Assembly (NCBI RefSeq): GCF_009914755.1
Contig: NC_060938.1
Strand: one strand, 5' to 3'
Length of the DNA stretch: 64,000 nt
Source of the DNA: the human T2T-CHM13v2.0 reference genome, Homo sapiens
Shown: positions 1 to 12,204 of the stretch, one piece after another
Position numbering within the stretch: the first letter of the stretch is position 1
Layout: each line of letters begins with the position of its first letter
Program-made: the position numbers and the translations under genes
The notes under the pieces: model-generated
What the model saw: only the letters and a program-made list of their open reading frames with translations
The model's database searches: none
What the model was told of the DNA's origin: nothing

Positions 1-69
1 ATAAAATTAGAGAATTAAGATGAGGTCATCTCTGAGGTCCTTTCATATTCAGTGTCCTAAAAGGCTGTA

Positions 70-316
70 TTGTATAGTGAAAAAAGGTACAGACTTGGGA
101 ACCAGATTGTGAGGGTTGAAATCCCAGCTCTGTCACCTACCAGCTATGTGACTAAGTACATTTCTTAACTTCTCTGTGCCTCCCGTTCCAAAACTGTAAG
201 ATGGGAGATAAGATAGTATGCACCGCATAGTGTTGTGAGAATTCAGTGAATTAATCTAGTAAAGTACTTAGGGCCTGCATTATGGTATGTAAGAAGTGTT
301 AACTGCTATTACTATT
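70..316 (+). mobile_element. MIR SINE
   Basis: gggttgaaatcccagctctgtcacctaccagctatgtgac...cttaacttctctgtgcctc...gttgtgagaatt MIR core. Confidence 0.8.
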
Positions 317-2394
317 CCCTGAAAGAAGGTCACCTCTTCTAAAGCCTGGACTCCAGAAGAGGCAGAATACTCGAGACCCTGGAGTGAACATATAAACAAA
401 ATAGTGTTTGGGAACCAATAATTGACATTTCCACAATTCTTACCAAACCTGCTTTGTGTTAGGCATGTTTTAAAGCACAACTTTTTATTGTTGGAAGAAG
501 GCCCAAACCATAGAATGCTTTATTTCATGCCCACAGGGACTCTCTTCTTCCTTGGGACACAGGCAGGTAATTAAGCCCCTGAGGATGGGGTGCACACAGG
601 ATATTGAACTAGTGCTTACTTCATAATGCTTTCACACCTGCGGCCAGGACAACAAAGCAGGAGAAATCAATGCCATTACTTCAGAGGCTGAGAGGTGGAT
701 GCTCTTATGCCAATGGGTTTTTGCTCTACTTAAGCAACATGAGACCTCATAAATTAAACTTGAAAAGGATTTTTCAAATTATGAAAAAATTCATTAAAAA
801 TGTATAAGCATTAACTTCAGCTGACTTAGTGTATCACAGAGATTCTGTTTTAATTAAACCCATACAGATTTGCAATAAACAGCATCATTTTCTCTTCATT
901 TCTTAATACACCCAAATCTCTGAAACTATCATTTTGTTCCTTTGCACTATTTTCTTTAGCATTTTCTTCATAAATGATACCACCTGGACTCTGTTATATT
1001 ATAAGTGGTTATTAAATGTTTAATAAAGAATGAACTAATAAGACTTTTACATTTCTTCCACTTTCTGTGTGTATATGCGTGTTTGTGTAATCTTCTGACA
1101 GCTAAAACTCTGACAATTCAGACTATTGTGATTTGGGGATGTCTGAAATAATGGAGATTATGCTTTCTTATAAAAGAGAGAGAAACTACTTTTTCTGTGA
1201 GAAACTAGGATGCTATCATGGGAAAGAAATTGCTTGTGGATCTTGTAAAACAGAAAATGTAGCTTTTTAGATAAAAGGAAAAGGAGAAGAAGAAGACAAG
1301 AAATTAAGTTTACTTAGCAAAAATCTAGTTTCCTGAAACTTTTCTGGAGACCAGAGCACTAGAGTCTCTCAGTGTTTTTTGCTATGGATGACTCCCTCTT
1401 TTGGGGATGGTGGTAGTTGGCGAGGGGGAAGACTCCAAGGGGTAGTAGCAGCCAACTCCCCTCTTAGCCCTGACAACCACACCCTGACCCCTACCCCTAC
1501 CAGAGGCTATCCAACACTGTCGCTTTTACCTTAGAAAAGTAGAGTTCAACCTCTCTGACAATTTCCATTGCCCCTCCTTTGTCCCTAGCCTATCTTCCTC
1601 CCTTGAGCCTTCTCCCTGTCTTCGGTTTCTTCTCTCTCTCCAAAGACTTTTCAGAAGGAGCTCAGTTTTTCCTAAAGAGTAAGAAACAAAAAAGCCTTTC
1701 TGTGGGAGTCTGTTTAAGACATAACGGACTCGTGCTTATAAAAGGCCCTTTCATTCTGTTTGCTGGTATGTGTTTCCTGAGCAGCCGGGGGTGGAAAGTC
1801 TCAATAGAGTCCAGTCAAAGATTGCAACTGCAAATTTCCAAGGCTGCAGGGTGGGGGCAGAGGAGAAGGGAAAGCCTTGTGTATAATGCCATGCAGACAC
1901 TTTCAGCAAGACTTACTCAAGGCAGCCCCAGGAGCTCTGTCTTTAAACGTGCCAACATACGTTTTGTTAGCAAGGCAGTTCTTTCTAGCAAATAACTTTC
2001 TTTATGGTTTCCCACGTACAGGGTGGTTTTGTTTTTCACAAAATACCGTTATTTAAAAATGACAACTGAGCAGAGAAAATAGGCATTAAGCAGGAAATGC
2101 TTGGAGCCTGTCTAAGGCTTTTTTCTGTTGTGGACTGGCGAATTGCTGCCATGATAAGCTGATGTGTTGCCCTTTCTGTTGGAACCTTCAGGATGGTGCC
2201 CAGAGTGAGAGGGAGCATTTCAAAGAGGATTCCCTTTTGGTCTTAGGTCTTAAGTTAGAATTACATAGGGATAAGCAAATTCAAATCAGAAAGTTTGAGA
2301 TTTGGATTTGAACTGTAGAGGTTAAGAGAGGGTTGGTGTAGAGATTCACATTTTTTGAAACTGTGAAATTGGATGGTTAGTGTTCACTTTTCCC

Positions 2395-2553
2395 CATACA
2401 TACACAAATATATATATATATACATGTTTACATTTTATATTCTGTATTGGCAAATATATGTATGTGTGTGTGTATGTGTATATATATGTGTATATATATA
2501 CACATATACACATATATATACAAACACACAATACACACACACACACACACACA
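2395..2553. repeat. Compound (TA)n/(TG)n/(CA)n microsatellite
   Basis: Alternating purine-pyrimidine dinucleotide runs. Confidence 0.9.
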
Positions 2554-3974
2554 GACATATGTTCTTCATTTGATTTAATGAATAAATATTTGTTTGGCTG
2601 ACCTTAAATGGATTTCATGCTATCTTAGCACTTTCTTAAATGGAGAAATTGCAACCATGTGCCAAGATTAATATGGTAAAAGTTTCACTTTATTTTATTT
2701 AAAACTATGTATATAGACATGGAATAGAATGTAAAATGTATATGAATTTAAGATACAAATGGAATACAACCCTTGCTTGTGACAGGAAAGGATCCCAGAT
2801 TCCCTGGGGTAGGGGTGGACTCAGCTTTAGCTTCAACAGACTCTGGGACACCTCTGCCTAGGGCTGATCATGCGGGTCAGCAGGAACGGGCAACAAAACT
2901 CAGAAAGATTCTCTGCTCAGAGATGTTGGAATTTGTACTTCCTACCCCAGTCTTCATTCTGTAGTTATAAAATTATGATCCTTTTCAGGTCTCTCTTTAA
3001 ATGTGCATATTTATTGATAGGCTTAAGCTATTGGTCATTCATACCTTATAAATTAAGCCACTAACATCATATTGAGATTGGCTTCACAGACCACAGAAGC
3101 AGCTTTGGGTTCCTAACTGAGGTCCCTTAACAGTTTTGTAGACTAGAGCAAGCCAGCTAATTCACTTGAGCCCGGTTTCTTAATCTGAAAATAGGAATGA
3201 TAACACCCACCTAAATATCACAGAATAGCTATGAAGTCAAAATGGCATACTATACATGGAAGACCCCTATTAAATTGTGAAGTACTATTTATATATCAGT
3301 CATCACTACCAATCATTTTACCTGAAATTAGTAGTACATCATCAGGCTTATTCATTTGAGTTGAGATTAGTTAATAGAGAAGAATGGGATGGGAGAGGTA
3401 GTTTTGAAATATAAAACATTTAGGAAGATTGGGCCAATATGTGTTACCTCAGTGAGAGTCTTTGCTATTTGAAGGTATAATACAGCAGGTCAGAGGCAAG
3501 AAGGAAGAGGAAGAGAGTCAATGCCACAACAAACTTCTGCTCTGAGATTCAGCAGAGGAACCTTGAGGAAGAAACAGCCCTTGACAAGCTAAGTTGCTCT
3601 AAGGAGAAAATTCCATGATGAGATTCATCTTAACTTGTTAGGCAAGCCGCAATACATAGACTGAGACACAGTACTACTATATTACAGTTCTGAGCATGGT
3701 ATTTTCCAAAGCCAGGACCTACTGAAAGTGTAAATAATTGGAGGTAAACACTGGTCTCACTTAGCATCTAGAAAACATCCTGTCCTCGTGCACGTCTGAC
3801 AATGCTGCCTGTCATCTCTGCTCTTGTGTTCATCATCCTAATAACACACAGCAGTTGTTAAGCTTGCGCTGTGTACAGGGCACTATTCTAAGCACTGGAC
3901 ATGAACCATCTTCTTTTATCCCCACAGTAACCCTAAGAAGTATATTCTTTAACTCTCATTTTATAAAGGATTCA

Positions 3975-4275
3975 AAATCACAGCTACATAGGAGGGATAA
4001 GTTCCAGTGTTCCATAGCACTGTAGGGTAACTAAAGTTCACAATGATTGATTTTGTATTTTCAAACAGCTACAAGAGAGGATTTTTGAATGTTCACAATG
4101 CAAAGAAATGATAAACGTTTGAGGTGATGGATATGCTAATTACCTTGATTTGATCATTGCATGTTGTATACATGTATGAAAATATCACTGTGTACCCCAT
4201 GAATTATTATATCCAATCATGTAATTAATAATATAACACATAATACAATTAACATATACAATATAACATATATGT
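3975..4275 (+). mobile_element. L1MA 3'-end fragment inserted in a MIR (-) spanning ~3840-4400
   Basis: gaaatgataaacgtttgaggtgatggatatgctaattaccttgatttgatcatt is the L1MA 3'UTR signature; MIR halves lie on both sides. Confidence 0.8.
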
Positions 4276-4577
4276 CAGTTAAAATTTTTCAAAAATGTTC
4301 CCATTTTACAGTTGAAAAACTGAGACTGGATGTTTAAGTAACTTGACCACTTAGTATATGGCAGAGGATTCAGGTGACAATAGACCTGAATAGATTCTGG
4401 GCCTCTTTGAGGCCAACCTCTTCCCAACCCATGGTATAGCCATTGTAGGTAAAGATAATTAAAATGTGCACAAATTAGGAAGCGCTCAGAATCTGCTCCT
4501 CTGAAAATCGGAGGATACTGCCTTCTTGAGGGCCTGCTCCTCAAATTCTCTTATGCAAGACCTGACATTGAAGTCTT

Positions 4578-4888
<311 letters not shown>

Positions 4889-5529
4889 TGAAGTCTTAAA
4901 TATACTTGGAGAGGTGAGGATGAAGTAGGGCCAAAGAGAAAAAGGCTCCAAGGAAGTGATCAGTTGTTTTTGTGTTTAATTTGTTTTCTTTTCTTTCTTT
5001 CTTTTTTCTTTTTTTTTTAAGCTGAGCAAATGACTGAGAAAACAGAGTTCTAGAGACATTGAGACGGTAAAGTGTCCAATTTTTAAAAAAATTGTCCACT
5101 TTAATTTTTAAAGAAACAGTATTTAATAAGTTCTCAATCTGATGATGTCATTTTTCTGTCTTCCGAAGTCTTCTGAAATCATCAGTTTGACTTTATGTTT
5201 GCTTCTAACACCAAGCTTCACCAAGGCACATTTAAGCTTATTTAGGGAAAAAAAGTCATGAAGAACAAAGCAAAAAGCAGATTTTAGATCTTAACTTTCA
5301 CAAATATTCCATCTCTTCCCTTCTAAACAAGTCATAGAAACTATGGACAAAAGTAGACTCGTGTGTAAGAAAAAACAAAGAGTTTATATCTGACTGTAGA
5401 ATGAGTTTTGGACTAATTTTTTTCAGGAGTCAGAGTAGGAAGGCCAGGAACCTAGGCCACCTTTTTGGTGCTCAGCACGTGGTGAGAAACCCAAAATGAC
5501 CACTGATACATGCACTTGCCTTCTCATGT

Positions 5530-5860
5530 TGAGACAGCCAAGCATAAAGAGACTCCCTACCGGCCTGCGCACTGGGCAGAGTGCACGCTGGGGTGGAGCC
5601 TCAGGAAGTTGGCGCCATTTTGCAGAGGGGAGGAGCCTGGCCTCTTCCTTTTCCGGTGTGGAACCTGGGATTCAGTCTGTGAGAATGGAAGCGTCTTAGC
5701 AGGACTGTGGCTTTGCTAAGGGTCCCTGTTTCCCTTTTTTTTCTTTCCACCCAACACACCCTGTCCTTCTCACCCTTCAAAGTGTCTGCAAGCCTAATTT
5801 TTCATGGTTGTGTGACAAGGACCCCGTTTTTAGCTGAACTAAGGAGAAAGCCCTACAACA
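5530..5860 (+). mobile_element. ERV1 solo LTR (MER61-like)
   Basis: TG...CA ends (tgagacagcc...cctacaaca), 4-bp TSD atgt (5526-5529 / 5861-5864); resembles the MER61 consensus as recalled. Confidence 0.8.
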
Positions 5861-6131
5861 ATGTTTTGTCTTTCCTCGCCATTAGCAGTTCCATTTGGTA
5901 AGATAATTTCATTTAAGTGGACAGTCAGTCCAGCAACATGATAAATAGTTTTGTCTGGGATCAAATTTCTATTACTTATCCGAAGCTGATGTCATTTTGA
6001 ATTACAGTCATCACACTTCTTTACTCTGATCCCATTCTCTCATTTAGTAGTACTAAAATTCTTCCAATTCACGTTTTCTTTTGTAAGTCAAGATCTCATG
6101 TTATTTACTGTTATTTACTCAAAAGTCAGGT

Positions 6132-6231
6132 CTTTTGAGGTCTCCTGTTATTTACTGTTATTTGGCCAGTGGGTCTACTTCAATTAAGACTCATTGGGTG
6201 AATAACAGTAAATAACAGGAGACCTCAAAAG
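6132..6231. repeat. Perfect 31-bp inverted repeat with a further imperfect inner stem
   Basis: 6132-6162 cttttgaggtctcctgttatttactgttatt is the exact reverse complement of 6201-6231. Confidence 0.95.
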
Positions 6232-6983
6232 TCAGGCAGGTCTGGTTCTTGATGTCATTGCTTCAAATTCTGATTCCCGTTTATCTTCATCAGATTGCCA
6301 AGGATCGAAAATCAATTTATATCACTTCCTTGCTAACTGAGGGAGTGCACTGAGCTTTGTATTTATTAGCTGGAGAAAAATTCTTATTCAATATAACAGA
6401 TTGCTATATTTCACATTAGTACTATAAACTAAAATTTTCTTTCTCTCTGAAAAACAAAAAAATGCCTCTTCTAGGTGTTTCCACCATACCCTGGGCTTTC
6501 TCCTATCTTAGTACAAATCACACCATGTTGAAATTCCCTATTTATGGGTCTGTTTTTACCTTTGGAGTGTAAGCTTCCTAAAAATAGGGGCTGTGCCTGG
6601 TTCCCTGTTTTATCCCTAGCTCCAAGCACTGCCTGGTACATTAAATAGGCAAGCCTGAAATCGTTTGATGACACTGAGATTTGAAAAGAAAGTAGGCCCA
6701 GAGGGCTGGCAGGATTTCTGTTCAATTGCCCAGTTAGATTAAATAAGGCTACCTAGATGTTTAGAAACAGTGCTCTGTTATGTAAAGGAAGGCTGAAAAT
6801 TTTTAAAATAAAGTCTTCTGGTGGTTTGTTGTTGTTGTTGTTGTTGTTGTTTGGCAAATGAGAAGAAAACATGAGCTGATCCCCTTGTGTACTTAGAATC
6901 CTGAGGTTTTTGTCATGACCCCAAAACACTTCCTAGAAATACCAAGTCTCCTCTGAAGTCTCAATTGGGTATTTGCCTTTCTC

Positions 6984-7839
6984 TCTCTCTCTCTTTTTTT
7001 TTTTTTTTTTTTTTGGAGACTGAGTCTCGCTCCGTCATCCAGGCTCGACTGCAGTGGCAAGATCGTGGCTCACTGCAACCTCCACCTCCTGGAATCAAGC
7101 AATTCTCCTGCCTCAGCCTCTCAATAGCTGGGATTACAGGCGTGCAACACCACGCCCGGCTAATTTTTTTGTATTTTTAGTAGAGACGGGGTTTCACCAT
7201 GCTGGCCAAGCTGGTCTCGAACTCCTGACCTCGTGATCCACCCACCTGGTCTCCCAAAGTGCTGGAAATTACAGGCGCGGTGGCTCACGCCTGTAATTTC
7301 ATGTTTTTATTACCGGTGAACTTAAAATTAAGGTGATATATTTTCTTCTGGCTGACAAGAACAGATAATATCATCCCAGCAAATAGTTTTCTAGAGGCAC
7401 TGAGCCTCCTATAAACATTTTCATTTATCTAACTGGCATCAGAGCAGCCTGCGCCACAACTGTTGCCAGCCTCTTCTCTCAACACCAACCTCATATCGTC
7501 CTTGTGTGTTCCACCCTACCAAGGATAGAGGGATCAAGGAAGCTCCTGTGGCAAACGGATTCAGTTTTATCTCATCCTAAAAAAACACTGTAATGTCATG
7601 AAAAATCAAGCCAAAACTGAGGAGGAAGGAGAGAGAGACGTGACTTTTAGTTTTAACACTTGTCTATTCATTAACCCCACCCACCTCCAATCACTTTTGG
7701 CTCCGGGTACATACGGCTTATATTTATGACTAATGCCTGGTATTCTTTCTTTACCTTGGGCCTTCCTTGGAGGAGCAAATCCTGCTGGAGCTGCCTAGAG
7801 GGTTCTGTGATTTACAGGCGTGAGCCACCGCGCCTGGCC
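6984..7839 (-). mobile_element. AluS interrupted near its 5' end by a templated insertion (Alu parts 6984-7277 and 7815-7839)
   Basis: Alu body up to ...gaaattacaggcg, resuming ttacaggcgtgagccaccgcgcctggcc; TSD-like gggt(a/g)tttgcc at 6967 and 7840. Confidence 0.95.
7301..7814 (-). repeat. Inverted duplicate of 8431-8948 inserted inside an Alu
   Basis: Hand alignment to the reverse complement of 8431-8948 gives ~17 substitutions and 3 small indels (~96% identity). Confidence 0.97.
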
Positions 7840-8430
7840 GGGTGTTTGCCATTTTCTAGCCTCCATACCATCACAAGAACTAGTGAGAACTAAGCCGTAG
7901 TCTATAATAAATGATGTGCTTTCGTTGTTCTCACCAAACTATAACTTTAAGCATTTTTAAAGACTTTTATTAAAGATTCTGTTCTGTCGTTTATCTATAT
8001 GTGAAGCTCAGGAATAAGAAGTATTTCCCAAGCAACCGAGGTTACTGATCTTTGGGTTTGTAGGACCAAATCCTGGGAATTTGAAGTGACTCTCTAATGG
8101 TAAAGTATTAATTAGACCTCTGTAAAATGAATCAGACTCATTTGCTTAATCAGGAGTCACCTCAGTTAAAGGGCCAGCCAGCAAGTAACCTGGCTTAGAT
8201 ACAGTGCTGCTTGTTGTTTCCTTTCCAGCTATTTTAAATAGCTGCTGAAATGGGGCCACGGACTGTTTCTGTTCATCCCATTCCTATCTACCCCCGATGG
8301 TGGATGCAGTTCATATCTGCATGACTCATCTAACATTTGCTGCAGAAGTGAAAAGAATGCGAGGATGCTGAGAATCAAGAGGCACTAAGCAGCCTTTCAG
8401 GACACACAGGGTTTCTGAAATGGGTATCCA

Positions 8431-8948
8431 TAAATCACAGAACCCTCTAGCAGCTCCAGCAGGATTTGCTCCTCCAAGCAAGGCCCAAGGTAAAGAAAGA
8501 ATACCAGGCATTAGTCATAAATATAAGCCGTATGTACCCAGAGCCAAAAGTGATTGGAGGTGGGTGGGGTTAATGAATAGACAAGTGTTAAAACTAAAAG
8601 TCATGCCTATCTCTCCTTCCTCCTCAGTTTTGGCTTGATTTTTCATGACATTACAGTATTTTTTTAAGGATGAAATAAAACTGAATCCGTTTGCCACAGG
8701 AGCTTTCTTGATCCCTCTACCCTTGGTAGGGTGGAACACACAAGGACAATATGAGGCTGGCGTCGAGAGAAGAGGCTGGCAACAGTTGTGGCGCAGGCTG
8801 CTCTGATGCCAGTTAGACAGATAAATGAAAATGTTTATAGGAGGCTCAGTGCCTCTAGAAAACTATTTGCTAGGATGATATTATCTGTCCCTGTCAGCCA
8901 AAAGAAAATATATCACCTTAATTTTAAGTTCACCGGTAATAAAAACAT
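8431..8948 (+). repeat. Donor arm of the ~515-bp inverted repeat
   Basis: taaatcacagaaccctc...ccggtaataaaaacat is the reverse complement of 7301-7814; the spacer between arms is 616 bp. Confidence 0.97.
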
Positions 8949-9609
8949 CTATCTCTAGAAATTCCATAATGTTTCTATGCAGAGTACCAATCACCACTCC
9001 CTCTCTGTAAGGTGGCCCATTCATGTTAGCCTCAAGCCATGTGACACTGAATAACTCTCAGCCAAGCAAACGATGCCCTAAGCAGGCATGAGCTGGTCTT
9101 CCAATTCCTTTGTGTGTGCTGCTTTTGGCATATTTGGTTAATGCACTGTGCAAATATAGTCTGAACATGCTAATTTCTCTTAGTAGCATCAGCTTTGCTT
9201 TATTCCAGTGACAAAAAAGCCTTGTCCGGCCCATCCACATTTCTTGGTGAGGAGGGACATAGTAACCAGCAGCCTGACTAATCCATACTCACTATCAAAG
9301 CAAAATGATTTCAGATGAGAGCTCTATCCTTGGCCCTACTTTACAGAGGAAACTAGTCATTTTCACAGGAAATAACTAGCGTGAAAAAGGACTTTGTTTC
9401 CTAGGGTTTCTTAGTGCAAGCTCTTGTTCTCAGAGACACAAAACTCGGCTTCCTGGTCATCATCTTTGACCTTGGTCACGTCACCTGATCTCTCTATTGT
9501 CTCTTCATCTGCAAAATCGGTTTCTTGTTTGCCTTAGAAGTGTCTCTCCAAAACAGAAAGATACAATATGAGTCCTTGAAGGCGACCTTTCACTATTAAA
9601 TGTATCACT

Positions 9610-9918
9610 TGTGTTGTTCCATTCTTGCATTGCTGTAAAGAAGTACATGAGTGGGGGTGATTTATACAGAGAAGAGGTTTAATTGGCTTATGGTTCTGCA
9701 GGCTGTAAGGAAGCATGGTGCCAGTATCTGCTTCTTGTGAGGGGCTCAGGAAGCTTCCAATCATGGTGGAAGGTGAAGGGGGAGCAGGCCCATCAGAGAG
9801 AGAGAGAGAAAGAGGAGAAGAGAGAAGACAGAGAGGAGGCCCCACACTCTTTTAAACAACCAGATCTCACCTGAACTCAGAGTGAGAACTTACTCATTAG
9901 TGCGAGGATGGCACCAAC
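9610..9918 (-). mobile_element. MaLR LTR (MSTB-like), partial
   Basis: aagaggtttaattggcttatggttctgcaggctgtaaggaagcatggtgccag...ttttaaacaaccagatctc. Confidence 0.85.
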
Positions 9919-10085
9919 CCATGGTGGTGGCATGCGCCTATAGTCCCACCTGCTAGAGAGGCTGAGGTGGGAGGATTGCTTGAGCCCGGGATCCCAGGAG
10001 GTTTCAGTGAGCTGAGATCATGCCAGTGCACTCCAACCTGGGTGATAGAGCAAGACTCTGTCTCAAAAACAAAAACAAAAGAACA
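9919..10085 (+). mobile_element. Alu right arm / FRAM-AluJ fragment
   Basis: ggtggcatgcgcctatagtccc...gcaagactctgtctcaaaa. Confidence 0.85.
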
Positions 10086-10649
10086 GGAAAGAGAGAGAAA
10101 AAGAAATACAGAAATATAGGTGGCCAGGCTAGTGTGATAGCAGTAGAACGAGGATAAGGGGTTGGATTCTGATTATATTTTGAAGGAAGAGTCCAGGGGT
10201 TTGCTGGTAGGTTGGAGGTGAGATGTGAAGCAAAAGGAAGCAGTAAGAAGACTGTCAAAGTTTTTAATCTGAGCAATCAGAAGAAATTGAGCTGCCATTG
10301 ACTGCTATATGGGAAAGACTGTAAGAAGAGCAGGTCTGGAAAAGAAGAGTTTGGTTTGGGACATGTCAAGTGAGAGGCGCTCATTCACATAGAGAGGGTG
10401 AGTAGGCAGTGGATATATGGGCCTAGAGGTGAGAGCCAGGATGTGTAACTAAGATACAAAATCGGGAGATGTAAGCAAGGAAAGAGTGTTTACAGCAATG
10501 AGAGTGAATGAGATCACTGAGGTGGGTGAGTGTCAACATACAAGAATAAAGTGCAAACACTCTGAGACCTGGGGATCAGGGAGATGAATCAAACCAAGAA
10601 GAGAGACTGAGAAAGAAATGACAGGAAAGCAAGACAAGAATCCAAAAAC

Positions 10650-11445
<796 letters not shown>

Positions 11446-11447
11446 AC

Positions 11448-11615
11448 TGGGCTGGGTGTAGTGGCTTTCACCTGTGGTCCCCGCTACTTGGGAGGTGGGA
11501 GGATCACTTGAGCCCAGTAGGTCAAGGCTGCAGTTAGCCATAATTGTACCACTGCACTCCAGCCTGGGGGACAGAGGGAGACTCTGTCTCTAAAATAAAT
11601 TAATAAAATAAAAAT
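11448..11615 (+). mobile_element. Monomeric Alu (FRAM/FAM-like)
   Basis: Single arm ggctgggtgtagtggct...gactctgtctctaaaat. Confidence 0.8.
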
Positions 11616-11718
11616 AATTGTGGTTGGTAAAATAAGAAAGAGCAGATCACCGAAGTCAAGTGAAGAAATTGTTTAAGAGAAAGGAAGCCATCCATTGTGT
11701 TAAATACTGCTGGGAGGT

Positions 11719-12204
11719 TGTAGTGGCCTGAATAAATCTCTAAAGTATCGGGTCCTAATCCTTAGAATCCATAAATGTTAATTATAAGGAAAAAGGATGT
11801 TTGCAGATGTGATTAAGTTAAAGCTCTGGATATGGAACAGTTATTCTAGATTATCCTGGGGGGTGGGGTGGGGGCGCCTAAATCCAGTCCTAAGTATCCT
11901 CATAAGAGAGGACAGAGGGAGATGACAAAAGGCAAGGAAAAGGCCACGTGACCACAGAAGCAGAGATTGGAGTGAATTGGCCAGAAGTCAAAGAATGCCA
12001 GTAGCCATCAGAAGCTGGAAGAGGCAAGAAATGGACTCTTCCCTAGAGCCTCTGGCAGGAGCATGGCTCTGCTGGCACCTTGATTTTGGCTCAGTGAAGC
12101 TGATTTCAAACTCTAGCTTCTAGAACTGTTATAGAATAAACTTACATTGTTTGAAGCCATCAGCTTGTGGGAATTTGTTACAGCAGCCACAGCAAACCAA
12201 GACA
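11719..12204 (+). mobile_element. MLT1 (C/D-like) solo LTR
   Basis: TG...CA ends; gatgtgattaagttaa, agaagctggaagaggcaag, gttacagcagccacagcaaac. Confidence 0.85.

Noticed and set aside
1579-1995. 138-aa ORF with a nearby TATAAAAG (1737-1744)
   Set aside because: Non-ATG start and no recognisable homology; the TATA lies inside the ORF and has no properly spaced initiator that I can support.
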